NCBI GenBank assembly: GCA_964304625.1
Contig: OZ199838.1
Coordinates: forward strand, 15,678,581 to 15,742,580
From: Kudoa neothunni
Taxonomy: Eukaryota > Animalia > Cnidaria
Reading direction: 5' to 3'
DNA: 64,000 nucleotides
Shown: piece after piece, positions 1 through 13,231 of the stretch
Layout: the number at the start of each line of letters is the position of its first letter
How positions within the stretch are numbered: position 1 is the first letter of the stretch
The notes under the pieces: model-generated
Databases searched by the model: none
Seen by the model: the letters and a program-made list of their open reading frames with translations, nothing else
What the model was told of the DNA's origin: nothing
Program-made: the position numbers and the translations under genes

Positions 1-828
1 TTTATCGCTTTATATTATATTATTTTTAAATGATGCAGAATTGAGATTTATTTTTTTAATTGGACTCGGAGATTTTATAGGTATCTCGCCTAAGGAATTT
101 ATTATAGGAAATACTGTATGAAGCCAGTTTAAGTTAATATTATCTTCGGAGTGCAAACGTAAAATATGGAAGTGAAAAGATTAATAAGTATTATATTTAA
201 GAAATAAAAGAAATATATTTTTAATGAATAGTGAATAAAAAAAATAAAAATTTCAGTCATTGCGAACGCTAAATGTGCAGAACCGAACGCAACCTGTTTA
301 GGCGCTTTATTTTGGTCTCAAAAGAGTATGTGAAATTTAAATTTTCTAATCAATGTATTGATTTACTACTGTATATCTATCGTACATTCAAATATTCAAA
401 TTTTATCATGTTCAAAGAGTTCAAATAAATATAACTGACTGTATATTTGTTATTTAACACTCGTACTGAGTTGACAACTTTCACACTTTAATGAATTTGG
501 GGGTATTTTTGACCCCACAATAAATAGAGTAGTTTCACGAATAAAATCCCCAGACGGCGAACATTAAAATTTTTTTAAATATAAATCTTTAATTATAATT
601 TTTGATGCAATTTTCACATAATGTTAATAAATAGGGCTTAAAAATAGGTTTCATCAAATTTTAATGGCAAGTTGAACGTTTTTTATTATGTTCTCTTGGG
701 CAAATGGAACATCTTTTCTCTCAATTTAAATCTCGTTTCCGCGAAATTTGATACTGGTTAGCTACATTGTCAATATCATATTCATTTGGAATTTCTTCAA
801 CAAAACTAACATCATATTTTTTTGTTGT

Positions 829-1716
829 TCAGGGGTGGGCAGTTATATTTCAGCACGGGCCGGATTATAAAGAAAATAAATCTGATAAACAATTATTTAA
901 ATAGTTTAACGTCAAAATAAACTGAAACACATTTTAACTAAAATTTAATAAAAGTATAAATGTGATTTTTTGAATATTGCATAGGTTTGATGGCAAATAG
1001 GACAAGAAGCTTTGGTCATTGTATATAAATAAATATATTTAAATCAAATCCTTATTAAAAAAATCATCTATTATCAATTTTTCGCTTTCCAGAACTCGTT
1101 ATGGTTACATTGAAACGTCTTATGAATGAATTTTACTTTTTATCGGTTTACCAATAATTTTTGTAAGTAAATAGACAGCGGTAGAGAATATTTCGAACTT
1201 ATTTTTTCACGAGCAAATTAAAAAATTGAATGGCTCCTTTTTGAACGGCTTTTTGTATAGATTATTTAATTAGGTAGTTATTGGTGACATATTTTCCTTG
1301 CTTGAAGGAGGTTTAATCTGTTAATAATAAGCGCTTTTCCAACAAATACAAACAAGACAGTTGTTGAGGATTTTTTCGATTTATTAGCTTACGGGGTTTT
1401 GTGATACGGCATATTTCTGTTAATTCATACGCTTAATTCCTTCAAATAGTCTTAACATTATTGGCCAAATATAATAAGTTTTTCTTATTTCTAATTGTAA
1501 ATCTAACGTAAACAGTTATTAAATTTGCGTCTAAAAAAATATGGCAACTTTATATTAATATTAACGTATGAATTAATATTAGTCTGGGTTTTGTAATACC
1601 TTAGAAAGGAACTAGAACCCTATTCTTTAAAAAAATAAATAAATTCTATAGTAAACTTGTTATTGTTCCCCGACGGCCGAATGAAACATCATGGGTCCAT
1701 ATTATGCCTATCTTTG
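829..1716 (-). mobile_element. Decayed hAT (SPIN/Charlie-like) element
   Basis: CAGGGGTGGGCA terminus at 829. Minus strand ~960-1090 reads GKRKID...CPICHQ, resembling the N-terminus of SPIN/GTF2IRD2-type transposases, with stops and frameshifts. Right end is poorly preserved. Confidence 0.4.
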
Positions 1717-2087
1717 TTCTAGATTCTTCTAGCAAGCCTTAGAAGGGTCTGCAACTTTGGATAGATTTTTATACCATCGATAATACAGTCTAACTTTGAA
1801 TATCCTGAAAATTTGTAACCAGCGATTTTCTTTCCGTATAGCGATAGCGAGGTCCCGCTTAATCGAACATAATCAACGCCATATGCGCTCATTTTTTGAA
1901 ATTTTTTCTTAAAGGATTGTTTACCCAATTTATAAACAATTTTTATTATTAATTAATTAATTAATTAATTAATTAATGTAGTTCTATTTCCGCAACTTAA
2001 ATTAAAAATATTGACATATCTATTAACTAAGAATATAAAAATTTAAATTAAAAAACAACACATAATTATGGAAGAAAAACACGTCTA

Positions 2088-3210
2088 CAGAGGTGCAATC
2101 TGCCTTTTTAAATAATCGGCCATTAATGTTTGTTTAATATACACACAAGCATATGTTCAGATATAGTACAAATCTATATAGGAACTGAATGCTTAATGAA
2201 TGTTTTAAAAAAAAATTTTTAAATTCAACCAACACGTAAATTTGGAAACCCCGCAGAGTTTAAACTATTTAATCAAGTTAAGAAATGAATTCTTTGATCG
2301 TAAAGAGATAATATTTTTGTTTAGGAAACATAGTTACAAACTACCATATAGTTTTAATATTTTATGCAAGCTAGAATTATCTCCAGTTTCATTAGGAAAT
2401 ACAATTATAACTAGTGTTCTTATATTACTAAAATGATAGATATCGAAAGAATAAAACACGCATTAAATCTTTAAAGATGATTCATAATGCCAACTCACCA
2501 AGCAAATTTTGGAAATACGTTCCATAAACTAAATGCTCAAAATGAGAAGAAATTTGTCCGAAACTTGTTTCTATCTTTGTAACAACTTATTGTTGTGAGT
2601 CTATTTATTCAATGATGAAGTTTTGAAAATTTAGACATAGTGTATCACTCCATCCCTCACTCACTCACTCACTCACTCACAAACACCTGACGGTATTAAT
2701 TCGTACAGCGACAACAACATACGGACCGATTACCACCAGCTCACTGATAATATGGAAACATAAAAAACGTGTAACATTAGAAACAATTTCATTAAAAAAT
2801 AGTTTTCGAATGCATTAAATTCTTGTGTTATTACTTTATTTGTAAATATTTAATTTCATTTTTTGTATGACTACTATACATGATTAAATATGAAAAATAT
2901 TTGATTATAGCGACCTTTTTCAAACAGAAAAAGTGTCTTGGATCATTAACTATTAATTTACATTTTTGGAAAAACTATAAAAAATTATACCAGTGAAAAT
3001 TATGTGTAAGTTTTCCAGCGATTAACTGATTAAGAAGAAAGTTAATAAACCTTTATTTATAATTCTACAACATTTTATCTTAATATTTAACAAAAATATT
3101 CTAAAAATGTAAGTTTTAAATAAGGACGAAATACATAAATGAATTTAATGCCTTTTGGCTCTCGAAAATGCCTAGCAACCTTGAAAGTGGTTCAAGTCTG
3201 GCCACCCTTG
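2088..3210 (-). mobile_element. Non-autonomous hAT-like element, family A copy 1
   Basis: Colinear diverged reverse complement of 59968-61150 over ~1.1 kb (shared blocks AAATGATAGATATCGAAAGAA and CCAACTCACCAAGC). Terminus CTGGCCACCCTTG at ~3198-3210. Internal (CACT)n. Confidence 0.8.
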
Positions 3211-3898
3211 GTATATGTATATATGCTGCATTGTATACGTCGTGCGGTGATGTGTGGTACTTTTATCCGGAATTATAACTAAAAAGTTGATCCGGATATT
3301 GGATAATCGAACATTTATTGACACGTAATTTTAATAAAATCCAAAATTTAAAATACCCTCTGGAAATCGCGTCGCGTTATCCAGATAATCGAGGTTCGAC
3401 TGTACTTCAGTTTATTTATTACGCCGAATTGTTAATGCTAGAATATACTTATTTATTTTGGGGTTAAAAATTCCGCCAAACTCATTTAAGTCAAAACATG
3501 AATAAAAACGCAATTGGTTCAAACATAATAACAATACTTTAGCATAATAAATGACAAATATTGAAATGAATTCATAATAAATCAGTCCTATTAATGCTTT
3601 TCAATATGACTTTTAGAAAACTAACTTTTCTCCGTGGTCACATATGACCTCAAACTTAATATGAATGTTAAAATAATTGAATAAAGAGAAATGAAATTCT
3701 CTGAATCAAGTATGAATCTAATTGATATTTTCAAATAATCCTAACACCCAGATTTAACATGCACAAATCCAAAGACAACAACAATTTTATTTAAAATTAT
3801 AATGTACGCTATAAAAAACAAACAAATGAAAAGCGTACATTTAGGTACCATCGTGAACGTAGGTGCTAACGAAAATACAAGTGTAATTTTTAGCGGGT

Positions 3899-5635
3899 TT
3901 ATTCATTTTTTGTTCTAACAAGTAAGGCGGTGTGTTGGCCTCCACAGCTAGCAGCAATAACACCCCCACAATCAGTGAGTTGTTTTCCAGTGGCTTTAGT
4001 TGGAACGAGACAATCAGAGTCATCATCCAGCGCCAACTGAAGATTGCTACCCATACCGTAGGAATAAAGATGGCCATGACTACCCACAATGAACGAAGTC
4101 ACTTCACCACATGCACAATCGGCAGGTGTGTCATTGTTGGTAATGATGTTGGTGATGTCAGCTTTTTGGGGATGGATGTAAAATGGTTGTTTGTTGGGAC
4201 CGATGCCAAGTCGTCCATATTCAGCCCTACCAACTCCATACACCTATCCCACCAACATCAATACTTACAATCAAGCAAACTAACAATTGAAAACCTAAAA
4301 AATACCTCTCCAGCGGATGTATCGATAAAAACAGTGTGATGTTGACCTGCGGCGATCTTAGGAAGATGAGTTTTAGATGAGAAATAACTAATGGAGCCAA
4401 TCAAAATTGGTCTATACACAATTAAGCAATCGGGATCGATATCAGTTGTAGAACTATAGGCGGATGGCGTAACAGCATTCTTGGATTCAGTCAAATTGCC
4501 AACACCTAATTGGCCGTAATTATTCAAACCCCAGCCATACACATTCCCTTCTCGGTCAATAGCAAAAGAGTGAAAACTTCCACAGATAATATCAACAAAT
4601 GGCAGCTTTATTCGTTTGATTCGTTTGGAATTTTTAGTGTAACAAACAAAAGGAACACGAGCAGGTTCAAAAAACACACCGAATCCTCGTCTTCCTCCGT
4701 TCTCTTCTACAACTGATTTGGTTACTCGGCCAAGTTGGCCTTGTTGACCGGAACCACAAGAATAGATACGGCCATTCGCAGTCAATATAAGCAAATGATC
4801 ATTACCAGACGAGATATTGACAGCGTAGGATCCTTTCTCATTGTTTTTCTCGTAGATGAGAGTGAGAGATTTTTGGTGGGTGTCCTCGGTGATAAGTCCA
4901 ATTTTTCTTTCCGAATCACGATAAATTCCACACACAAACACACTTCCACATTCGGTTAGGACAGCTGTGTGACTGTCGCCGGCGGAAACTTTGATTGCAA
5001 TGTATTTGGTGGGGAGTTCTACAATGCAAGGTGTGTTTTCGGGAGTGTTTTCGTTGGTTTCTCTCCCAAGTGCATAATCGTCATTACATCCCCACGAGTA
5101 AATCTAAAATATAACCACACATTACCATTATCCAAAGTCAAATCCACATAAGAGCATCAATCAATAACTTGATTGTTATCGGTGAGAGCCACTGTGTGCA
5201 TTCCACCACACACAATCTGCAGAATATTTCCAAGAGTTGGTATGAGTGCGGGTTTCTTACGTTCAACAATCGATTCACCCAATCCTAGCTGGCCCAAACT
5301 ACCCTGTCCCAAAATAAGACCGATTTTGTTGCTGGTACTATTTTTGTCTTCAATCTCAATCAACACTGGAGTATCAAAAGCAAAATTAACACAAGGATTG
5401 GTGAAACAATCACAATTCGATGTGGTTGATTACTTTTATTGGTTTTTTCGACGATATCCTCATTACCTACATATTTCTCTTCGGGAGATCCATCGTCTGT
5501 GATATCTAATAGAAATCGATAAAAGATTGAATGTGGACATTTTTTAGCGGAAAATCCACAACATAACCAACTATCACAATCCACCAACTCATTAAATGTC
5601 GTACCTTTGCGTTTTCTTGGGTTTGGGCTTTGCAT
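3899..5635 (-). CDS. RCC1: Regulator of chromosome condensation RCC1 (Ran GEF), ~480 aa, 5 exons
   Basis: Exons 5635-5605, 5505-5434, 5365-5169, 5103-4306, 4243-3899 join in frame via GT-AG introns. RCC1 repeats (CGGMHTVALT, YSWGCND-ALGR, SAGDSHTAVL, GWGLNNYGQLG, SCGGQHTALL) and N-terminal NLS PRKRK. Confidence 0.93.
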
Positions 5636-7219
5636 TGTGGGATATACGAATGGAATATGGTCGCTAAAATACGTCAGTAGTCTCCTAATTAGCTAATTCA
5701 AACACCTACCAACGAATATACTACAAAAATTTGTTCGTTGCTTGGTTAAGGTTAATCACGTGAAGTAATACCTTGGATTAGAGGTCAGCGGCTAAAATAA
5801 TCCGAATTATTATGGTTAATGGTGTTGGAACTGTGACAGCTTACATCGTCGTAATGATATCAATTGGTTGGAATTAGCGTCCAATATTCAAGATATTTTT
5901 TATCTTTTTATATTCGAGGTGGAATTCAGCCGAACACAAAATTTGTATTGATCATAACTGCGATCAATCGATCACCTTAACCCTTGTTGTGTTGATGTGG
6001 TATCTTTATCATCAATCATTTGAAGGGGATTTGTCAAGGCGATTTTTATTATGCTCAATTTAAAATCCACCGTAATTGTTATTAATCCTAGATTATCAAT
6101 ATAACTAAAATTCGACCCTAACCATTTTCATTTTAATCAATTAGTTTGTTGATACTTTTAGTCATTTAGACTACTAGCTTTGTATAATTTTTACTTTTGG
6201 TTATTTGCGCTAACTCAAGAAATAATCGATTTCTATTTGTTTATTTATATCCAAAATAATCCGTTTGTAAGGCTATTGTCACCACAACGACTAATCCCCT
6301 AAGGTGTATGTGCGCGGAATAACAATTTTCTAAACTACGCGCATTATAATTGTTGAGATGAAAAATTTTTAATTATTTCCGGTCGATATATGTGAATTTG
6401 TAAATTGTTGATTGCCAAATTATAGTTGGTCAAATATATTTTGACTGAAAGCGACAGTTGCTTTTTTTGTTGTACGAAGAATATTAAAATAATATTCTTT
6501 ATTTTTGAATTGTTTAATAAATTGTACTTTATTAATTTAATAATCATATTGAATAAAAGAAAATAGTTTTAAAACGAATTTTTTCAATGATTTTGGGTGG
6601 TTGTCTTTATCATTCAAAATATAGTGATAATTGTTTTGTATATTCTCACAAAATATTCTCAACCATATTTTTATTAATAGGACCAAAAATTAAGAAATAA
6701 TCCAATTTTTGTCAATTGAAACGGAAAATAATTATGGTTTTTATGTTTCCGTGTGTCGCTTCAAAAATATTACATTACAGTTGGTAATTGATTTTCCACT
6801 CCTTTTTTATAAAATTATTGAATTGTAATTCTAGATGTTTCCAATTTTGATATAAAATAATGTATTCAATTTAACGCTAATGCTAGTTCAAATAATAGAC
6901 TGTAAATGATGTAAAATGAGTAGTCAAAATTACGTGACGTGTCGATTTGGCACATTTTTGGGGGGAACTCTGTTGATCAATATAGCGTTATTCACAGAAA
7001 AATTAGAAATTTAGCGATAAGCGAAGATAAAAATACAAAATAATAAATACTTCGAAAATCTTCCATCAATAAATGTTAAGATAGTTACTGCGGGACATTT
7101 CAATATATCAAATAGAGCCACTCTAAATGGCATTCTCCTTAAAAAAGAATCAAGTTTTCTCGAATATTTTAAAAAGGTTAGATCGTTTTCGATTATTGTC
7201 AGAATTTTACCTGGATATA

Positions 7220-7662
7220 CAGTCCAACCTCGGAATTCCAACACATATAGAAAGGCTATTCAGAACAAATCTAATCATCTGATCTAATCATCTGATCTAA
7301 TCATCTGATCTAATCATCTGATCTAATCTAATCTAATCTAATCAATTGGGGAAAAAACAGTGAAAAGAAATTATAATTGTGCGAACGTCATCCAAAGAGA
7401 AACCTTAATAATCTATTGTATGACATCCAAAAAAATATTTATCCTATATTTCATTGTCATAATTGTATTCAATATTTATTTGTTATATTTTATAAACACA
7501 AGGCATGTATGTATTTTATAAATAAGAAAACATAATCATTTATTTGATATTTGATTAGCGGTAACTGATTAAACGAACTTTCATTATTTTGCACAGAAAA
7601 AATTATTCGCAGTTCGAATACATGTCTAGAACGGATTGTGGTAGAAGTCCGAGGTGGCAATG
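7220..7662. mobile_element. pogo/Tigger-like MITE, family B copy 1
   Basis: TA-flanked imperfect TIRs (CAGTCCAACCTCGGA / TCCGAGGTGGCAATG). Body is a diverged reverse complement of 45821-46241. Confidence 0.7.
7269..7340. repeat. Tandem repeat (ATCTAATCATCTG)x4 followed by (ATCTA)x4, inside the MITE
   Basis: Read directly from sequence. Confidence 0.95.
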
Positions 7663-9388
7663 TATATTGATTTAAAAATTATTTTAATATTTTAGTAATT
7701 AATTTAATAAAATCAAATCTTGGAAAAATAGATTACTAATTTTTATGCTAATAAAGAATGTTTCTTAACAAAATAACTATACGAATTGTTTATTTTTCTA
7801 TAAAATGAAAATATATTTATTTTTCTTTTTACATAATATATGTTGGGACCTGGTGGTTATTAGTAATATTTTTTCTAATTACTATTCAATTGCGTCTAGT
7901 CGATTTCAACTACAACAAAATATCAGTATAATTTAGGGGTGTACATCACGTGAAGCTGTCAGTTAATTACGAAGATCTGGATGATTTTCACCCTTATGGT
8001 TTGCATGCCGCTGAATGTTGTTATTACATCCATCCCATACATTTTCAAATTTTTTGAAATAAATTATTTCATTAATTCAGCATTTTAATAGACTATTGCC
8101 ACTTTATTTTAAAATATTTCATAATATATCATGATTTAAGAAATTTTAAAAACATAAAAACGGTAGCTGTATATTAAGTTAATAATTCTAGTACTTCTAG
8201 GTGATTGCTCGTTCTAACTTCATTAATTTTAGATATAAACAGGCAATCAGATAATCAACAGTATGAAAAAAAAGTTGAATTAACCAATACTCTGCGTACA
8301 AATTGGGGTAGAATTTATACTAAGTGAATAAATGCGCATGTTAGATAACTAAGCAAACGCCATGCGACCGGTACTTTGGTGACCCCTGGGTTAAGACAAT
8401 TCTTTTTGTTTTCAATGATATAGAAGTAGTTTCTGCAAACAATGTATTCATATTTGTGTTTTCAGCTGAGTTGAACACTGCAAAGTAATTTAATAACTCG
8501 ATAATAAATTAATGTTTTATTTTTCATATGGCGTCAATAATTACGAATAACAATCATTACTAATTTCAAACAATTGGACCTATTTTTTTATTGTTATAAG
8601 TAAAAAATAGACTCAATAAGTTTTCTAAGTTTCAGTTATGATAGATTTGATTAATTCAAAAACTCTCTTAGGTTATTATTAATAAATAAACTGAATCTTC
8701 TATTTGAGCCAGAATATAATTTAATGTTTCTTGGTTTATTATTGGTAGCTTTTGTGTTTATATTGATTAACTAATTAATTCTTAAGATCAATTAGTTCAT
8801 ACTCTAACTATTTCTTTACGGTAATTCCATTCTAGTATATTTCCATGAGGAAATTCATAAATAAAATATCATATGGTATAAATATTAGAATTCATTAACT
8901 GAAATTATCGAAATATTATTCAAAGTTGTGACAAGATGACTTAATTTGTATGAAGCTCTAAATTTATCGATTATTGATAATAAATTATGCTATCAAATTA
9001 TCAGATATGTCAGTTTGAAAGATGTGTTATTTCTTATCCAACAAAATTAAGCACCTTAAATATAAAATTCTTTGCCCTTGGATATTCCATAGAGTTAAAA
9101 AATGTTTAATCGTGTTATCTATAATTTTATAGAACAAACTCTGTAATTAATGGCCTATTTTAGAGTGTTGTCATCAGTGATAAATTCAACTGTATTTAAA
9201 GAATAAATAAATGCATAGAGATATTTATGTTAGCATGTTTAATCAAAAATATTTCTAATTAAGAATATTTAAACGAATATTAATTAATATACACGATTAA
9301 TTACTATGAAAAATACAACTTGTGACTTGTTCGATGGATAGCACGTTACTAATTGATAAAAGCAACAACTTGCATGGATTGAGTTTCT

Positions 9389-9650
9389 GTTGCTGTGAAA
9401 TAACAACAACAAATTGTAACTATCGTAAAATGTAATAACGTGGTAATAAGTTAAATCTGCTTGCTAGGCGATTCCCAAGAGAGAGCGACCATGACACACG
9501 ACATCCCCTCACAACTAATGAAGTAGTGGTAACTTTAATAGCTTATTTCAAAATAGAAACTCTAGTTACTGGACAACAAGCTTAAAAACTGAGGTAACAT
9601 AGCAAGGAATATCTTGTAACAAGGCAACTCTAGTTTGTGTTACTGGTCCT
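9389..9650. promoter_or_regulatory. Cluster of RFX X-box-like motifs upstream of the 9683 gene
   Basis: GTTACTGGACAAC 9565-9577, GTAACATAGCAAG 9594-9606, GTAACAAGGCAAC 9616-9628, CTTGCTAGGCGAT 9460-9472, GTTGCTGTGAAATAAC 9389-9404, compared with X-box consensus GTNRCC(N0-3)RGYAAC. Confidence 0.5.
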
Positions 9651-9682
9651 AATAATAGCTAGACTGTGAGTTATATTGTAAA

Positions 9683-10965
9683 ATGAATCCCACTATTGAC
9701 GGCCAACTGGAATATGAAGTCAATCTTCTTCAAAAAATGAAGCGGTTGATTCGAGTAATAATTCCCTTCTTTGTAATATATCTATTGGCCGAAATGATTT
9801 GAATGGGCCACTAATATTTATTTTAAGTGTATGGGTTAATGTACTTATCTACTTATCGCCGGTTGTCTCATTGGTTGAGCATTATATGAGTGATGTTAGA
9901 GCTATAATTTAGATTTTTCTTATTGATTTAAACTAATAACTTCTTCACATAGAAAAGAAGAGCAAGTCCAAAAGTTATTGCCAACAAGCTAGATCTACCA
10001 TTGTCTGGAATCACAGGAATATACCATCATTTAAAATACGAGATGACTCGACCTTTACGTAGCGAAAACGTGAATCAAATAAGCCAGTTGACGTATACAC
10101 AAGAACAGTATCTACGACACATTATATGCTGTTACACTTATCTCCCTTCAACCAAAATATCTACTATGCTTTCGAATCGCATCCAAAGAAAAGTTTCCAA
10201 AGCTTTTATCGCCTCACTCAAAAATATTACGCATTATATCACTCCTGTATTCACTAAAAAGAATGGAATGTATTCTCAAGACTATCTAATTTCAGCGTTG
10301 GAGTAAGTCGTCGTCATTGGAGATAACATAATAATACCTTTGATTATTTGTTGGTTCAATTTAGTTACATAGTGGACGTGGAAACATCAGAGCTGACCCA
10401 AGATGTACTTTTCCTTAAAAGGCGAGTATACGATTTCGCTGTCAACTACTACAATGGAATGTTTGACAACATTCATCTCACCTGGAATCAAAACAAACCC
10501 TCATCATCCAAACTACAAATTAGCTATGATCTTACGGTTGTGATGGGTAAAAATAACAACACATTCGTTTCACTTAACTGGGATAAAAAAGCAACCTCCA
10601 ACTACATCAAGATTCTCGAAGATATAAGGGAAAAATTTATTGAACAACACAAATTCAGCGTCACCATTATTTCTGATTATTGCTCCGAATTACAACTTGC
10701 ATATAATCATGTTGCTCGATATCACACAGACTTCTCTTTCAACTACATCATCATTCCACCAATGTTTTCTCATAAAGGTCATCCGATGAATGATGTGTTC
10801 GATCGCATTGACCAACATCTCAAACAAACGGGTCGTATGGGGTTTTCAGATGTATCTCAACAGCTTCGATTTGCAGCACATAGTTACAATTGTATTGACT
10901 TTGAGAATCATTATGAAGATCACTTTCAAATTTTGTATGAATACTTGTTTGGCAGTGAGACTTAA
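9683..10965 (+). CDS. Intact 3-exon 340-aa protein: tandem HTH plus degenerate IS630/Tc1-type DDE domain (putative domesticated transposase)
   Basis: Exons 9683-9754, 9953-10302, 10365-10965 (1023 nt) join in frame through GT-AG introns of 198 and 62 nt. HTH-like ASPKVIANKLDLPLSGI and LTYTQEQYL...RKVSKAFI. DDE-like blocks DVLFLKR, TIISDY, IPPMFSHKGHPMNDVFDRIDQHLK. Confidence 0.7.
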
Positions 10966-11855
10966 TTAGTATCGATCTCAACGTATTGGTGTTTCCTCAC
11001 TTTACTTATTCACTTAACTGTTTATTGGTTAAAATTTTTTCATTTATTTGTCACATCGATGTTTTTTTTCTTTTCTCGCCTATTTCATTTATATTTTCTG
11101 GTGAGCTAGTATGTGGTGATGTTCTAACGATTCCGATTGAGAGAAACTTCAAGTATAAATTTAGGTTAGAAAATCCATTTAATGATATAATAATCTATTT
11201 CGGCAAGCAGAATAATTTATTTTTTATAGATTTAGATTGTTCCATTTGATCCCATGCTAAAACATTATAGAGTACTACAGAATAAACCAATGGTAATGAA
11301 AGCGTTTAAGAGTATGAGTAATGATTCGAGAATTTTTTTTCTTATCAAAGCTTTTCAAGAAAATTATCTTAAGAATTCGAATCAATTTAAGTGAGAAAAT
11401 TTTTAGCTATCCGTGGAATTCATCCCACACTCATGAATCATAAACAATTGCTCCATTTTAATATATTTTTGCACTTATTCGCGCTTAACTGAATATAAAG
11501 CGTGTCTTATATATTAACAAATAATTTTTTTTAGTAATTAATAATTACAAGAAATATTATTTAAATAATTCTTGGTTCATCAGAGAAAATTAATCCTAGA
11601 AACGTGACAACTATAAAAAAGGCATAATTTTCCGGTATTTCAGTTATGGATTATCATATTTGTTAATTCTTAGGAACTTTATTTGAAAAAATTCTCATTA
11701 ATTGGGGAGTAATCTTTCACGTTCAGCAATAGAATTACCAAACACATTTAAATAATATTAAATTTCCAAATAACCAACTAGTAAAGTTTTTCAAAAAACT
11801 CTTCATATTGAGAATTTGCGTAAAATAGATTTGACACAAATTCTTGTCTAATTAT

Positions 11856-11889
<34 letters not shown>

Positions 11890-12699
11890 TAATATCGCAA
11901 TCCGTAAAACCCTTTGGATGGGGTTTTATTCAATATTTTAGCACTTGTAGGTGAGCAGAAATTTTAGCGAGAACCAAGACTCGAAAAATTAATTTATTAC
12001 TTGATAAAATATTTATAGCAAAAGAACAATGAATATCAACTGAACCAAGGCTATGATTATATTGCTTATTTGAGAATCTCTTAATATGAGTGGCATCATT
12101 AAATCTAGTTATTACTTACGTTAGATGACGTACGCTAGGCTTCTCAATCGTCAACAACAAAAAATAATGAAAATAGATTTTATTTATTAAAATATTAACT
12201 ATACAATTTATAAAAAGAAAAAATTGATTTAATAACAATGATTCATCAATACAGCATTAATTCTTACGCCTTTTAACCAGGGTTTCCCGCTAACACCCTT
12301 AATTTAGTTGGTACTTGTCGAAGGAAACCCATACAAAAAAATATGTTTTTAAATCCTATTAAATATATGGAAACACATAATAATTTGTGTTGCAGTTAGA
12401 AGTATCAACGTCTTTAAACCCCATTTTTAAAATTATTCCATTATATTTAGTTCATTTCTACTGATTACACCCCATAATAAAAGAAAATTCATAATATATA
12501 TGAGTTTTCTTAAAAAATATGAATATTGTTCGCAATAGTAATAATTTAAAATATATTAACTTAAATTTAAATGAGAAAATTCAAGAGCTCTTATTATTTA
12601 TAAATAGGGATCGCGGGATTTAACGTTTATTTTTGTTGAACATTTTAAATAAAAAAATTTAGAACAAGATACCACGAAAAACTTTTCTTATCAAATAAC

Positions 12700-13231
12700 T
12701 TTTATTTACAAGGTCAAATCCCTGGCGCAACACATTAGGTTGTGAAGTTAGGTCTTCTCCATTTACGCTTTAGGCACCGCAGCGTCATATTAAGGCGACT
12801 TACATTTATGATGATGTAATTTACATTTATGATGTAATGTGGGGTTTTAACCCACTAAACATCCTCGCTCCTTCGCAACCACCATCCCAGCCATACCCTG
12901 GACAAATCCAGAATTAGTCTGGGAAAGTCGTCTCAATGCGGGTGTCGACTTTACGGAAACCCCCTACACCTACAACTACAACTACTGATTGGGTTGTATA
13001 TCGTTCCTGTATCCCTGCGTTTACGAGCCCCCAGTTCTACCTTTTCACCAGGCCCCCCACCGAGCTGCAAGAAAGGCCGTGATAAATCGTAGACCCTTGC
13101 GATTATCACAGCCCTTCCATTTAATTTCGGATTAGGAACACAGGAATGCCCGGACTAGGCTTCGAACTCGCAATCTCATGGTATGCGATCTCGACCTAAC
13201 GCCACTATACACTATGCCATATTGTCCAAGT
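12700..13231 (-). mobile_element. tRNA-derived SINE, 532 bp, perfect 12-bp TSD
   Basis: TTATCAAATAAC duplicated at 12688-12699 and 13232-13243. Minus-strand head has A-box-like TAGTGTATAGTGG and B-box GAGTTCGAAGCC. GC-rich body and A-rich tail TAAATAAAA. Confidence 0.85.

Noticed and set aside
3841-5502. Plus-strand and alternative-frame ORFs over RCC1 (and similar ones over SF1, RFX, GRWD1, RPL7A)
   Set aside because: Antisense or alternative-frame shadows of well-supported genes, with no recognisable motifs.
5748-6110. Possible divergent spliced transcript from the RCC1 promoter encoding MRPIFKIFFIFLY...
   Set aside because: GT-AG pairs can be chained but the 3' part is ambiguous and gives under 40 aa; not distinguishable from chance.
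7269-7340. CRISPR-like or telomeric array
   Set aside because: No spacers, eukaryotic context; a simple minisatellite inside a MITE.
13148-13228. Functional tRNA gene
   Set aside because: Cloverleaf is imperfect and it forms the head of a TSD-flanked SINE.
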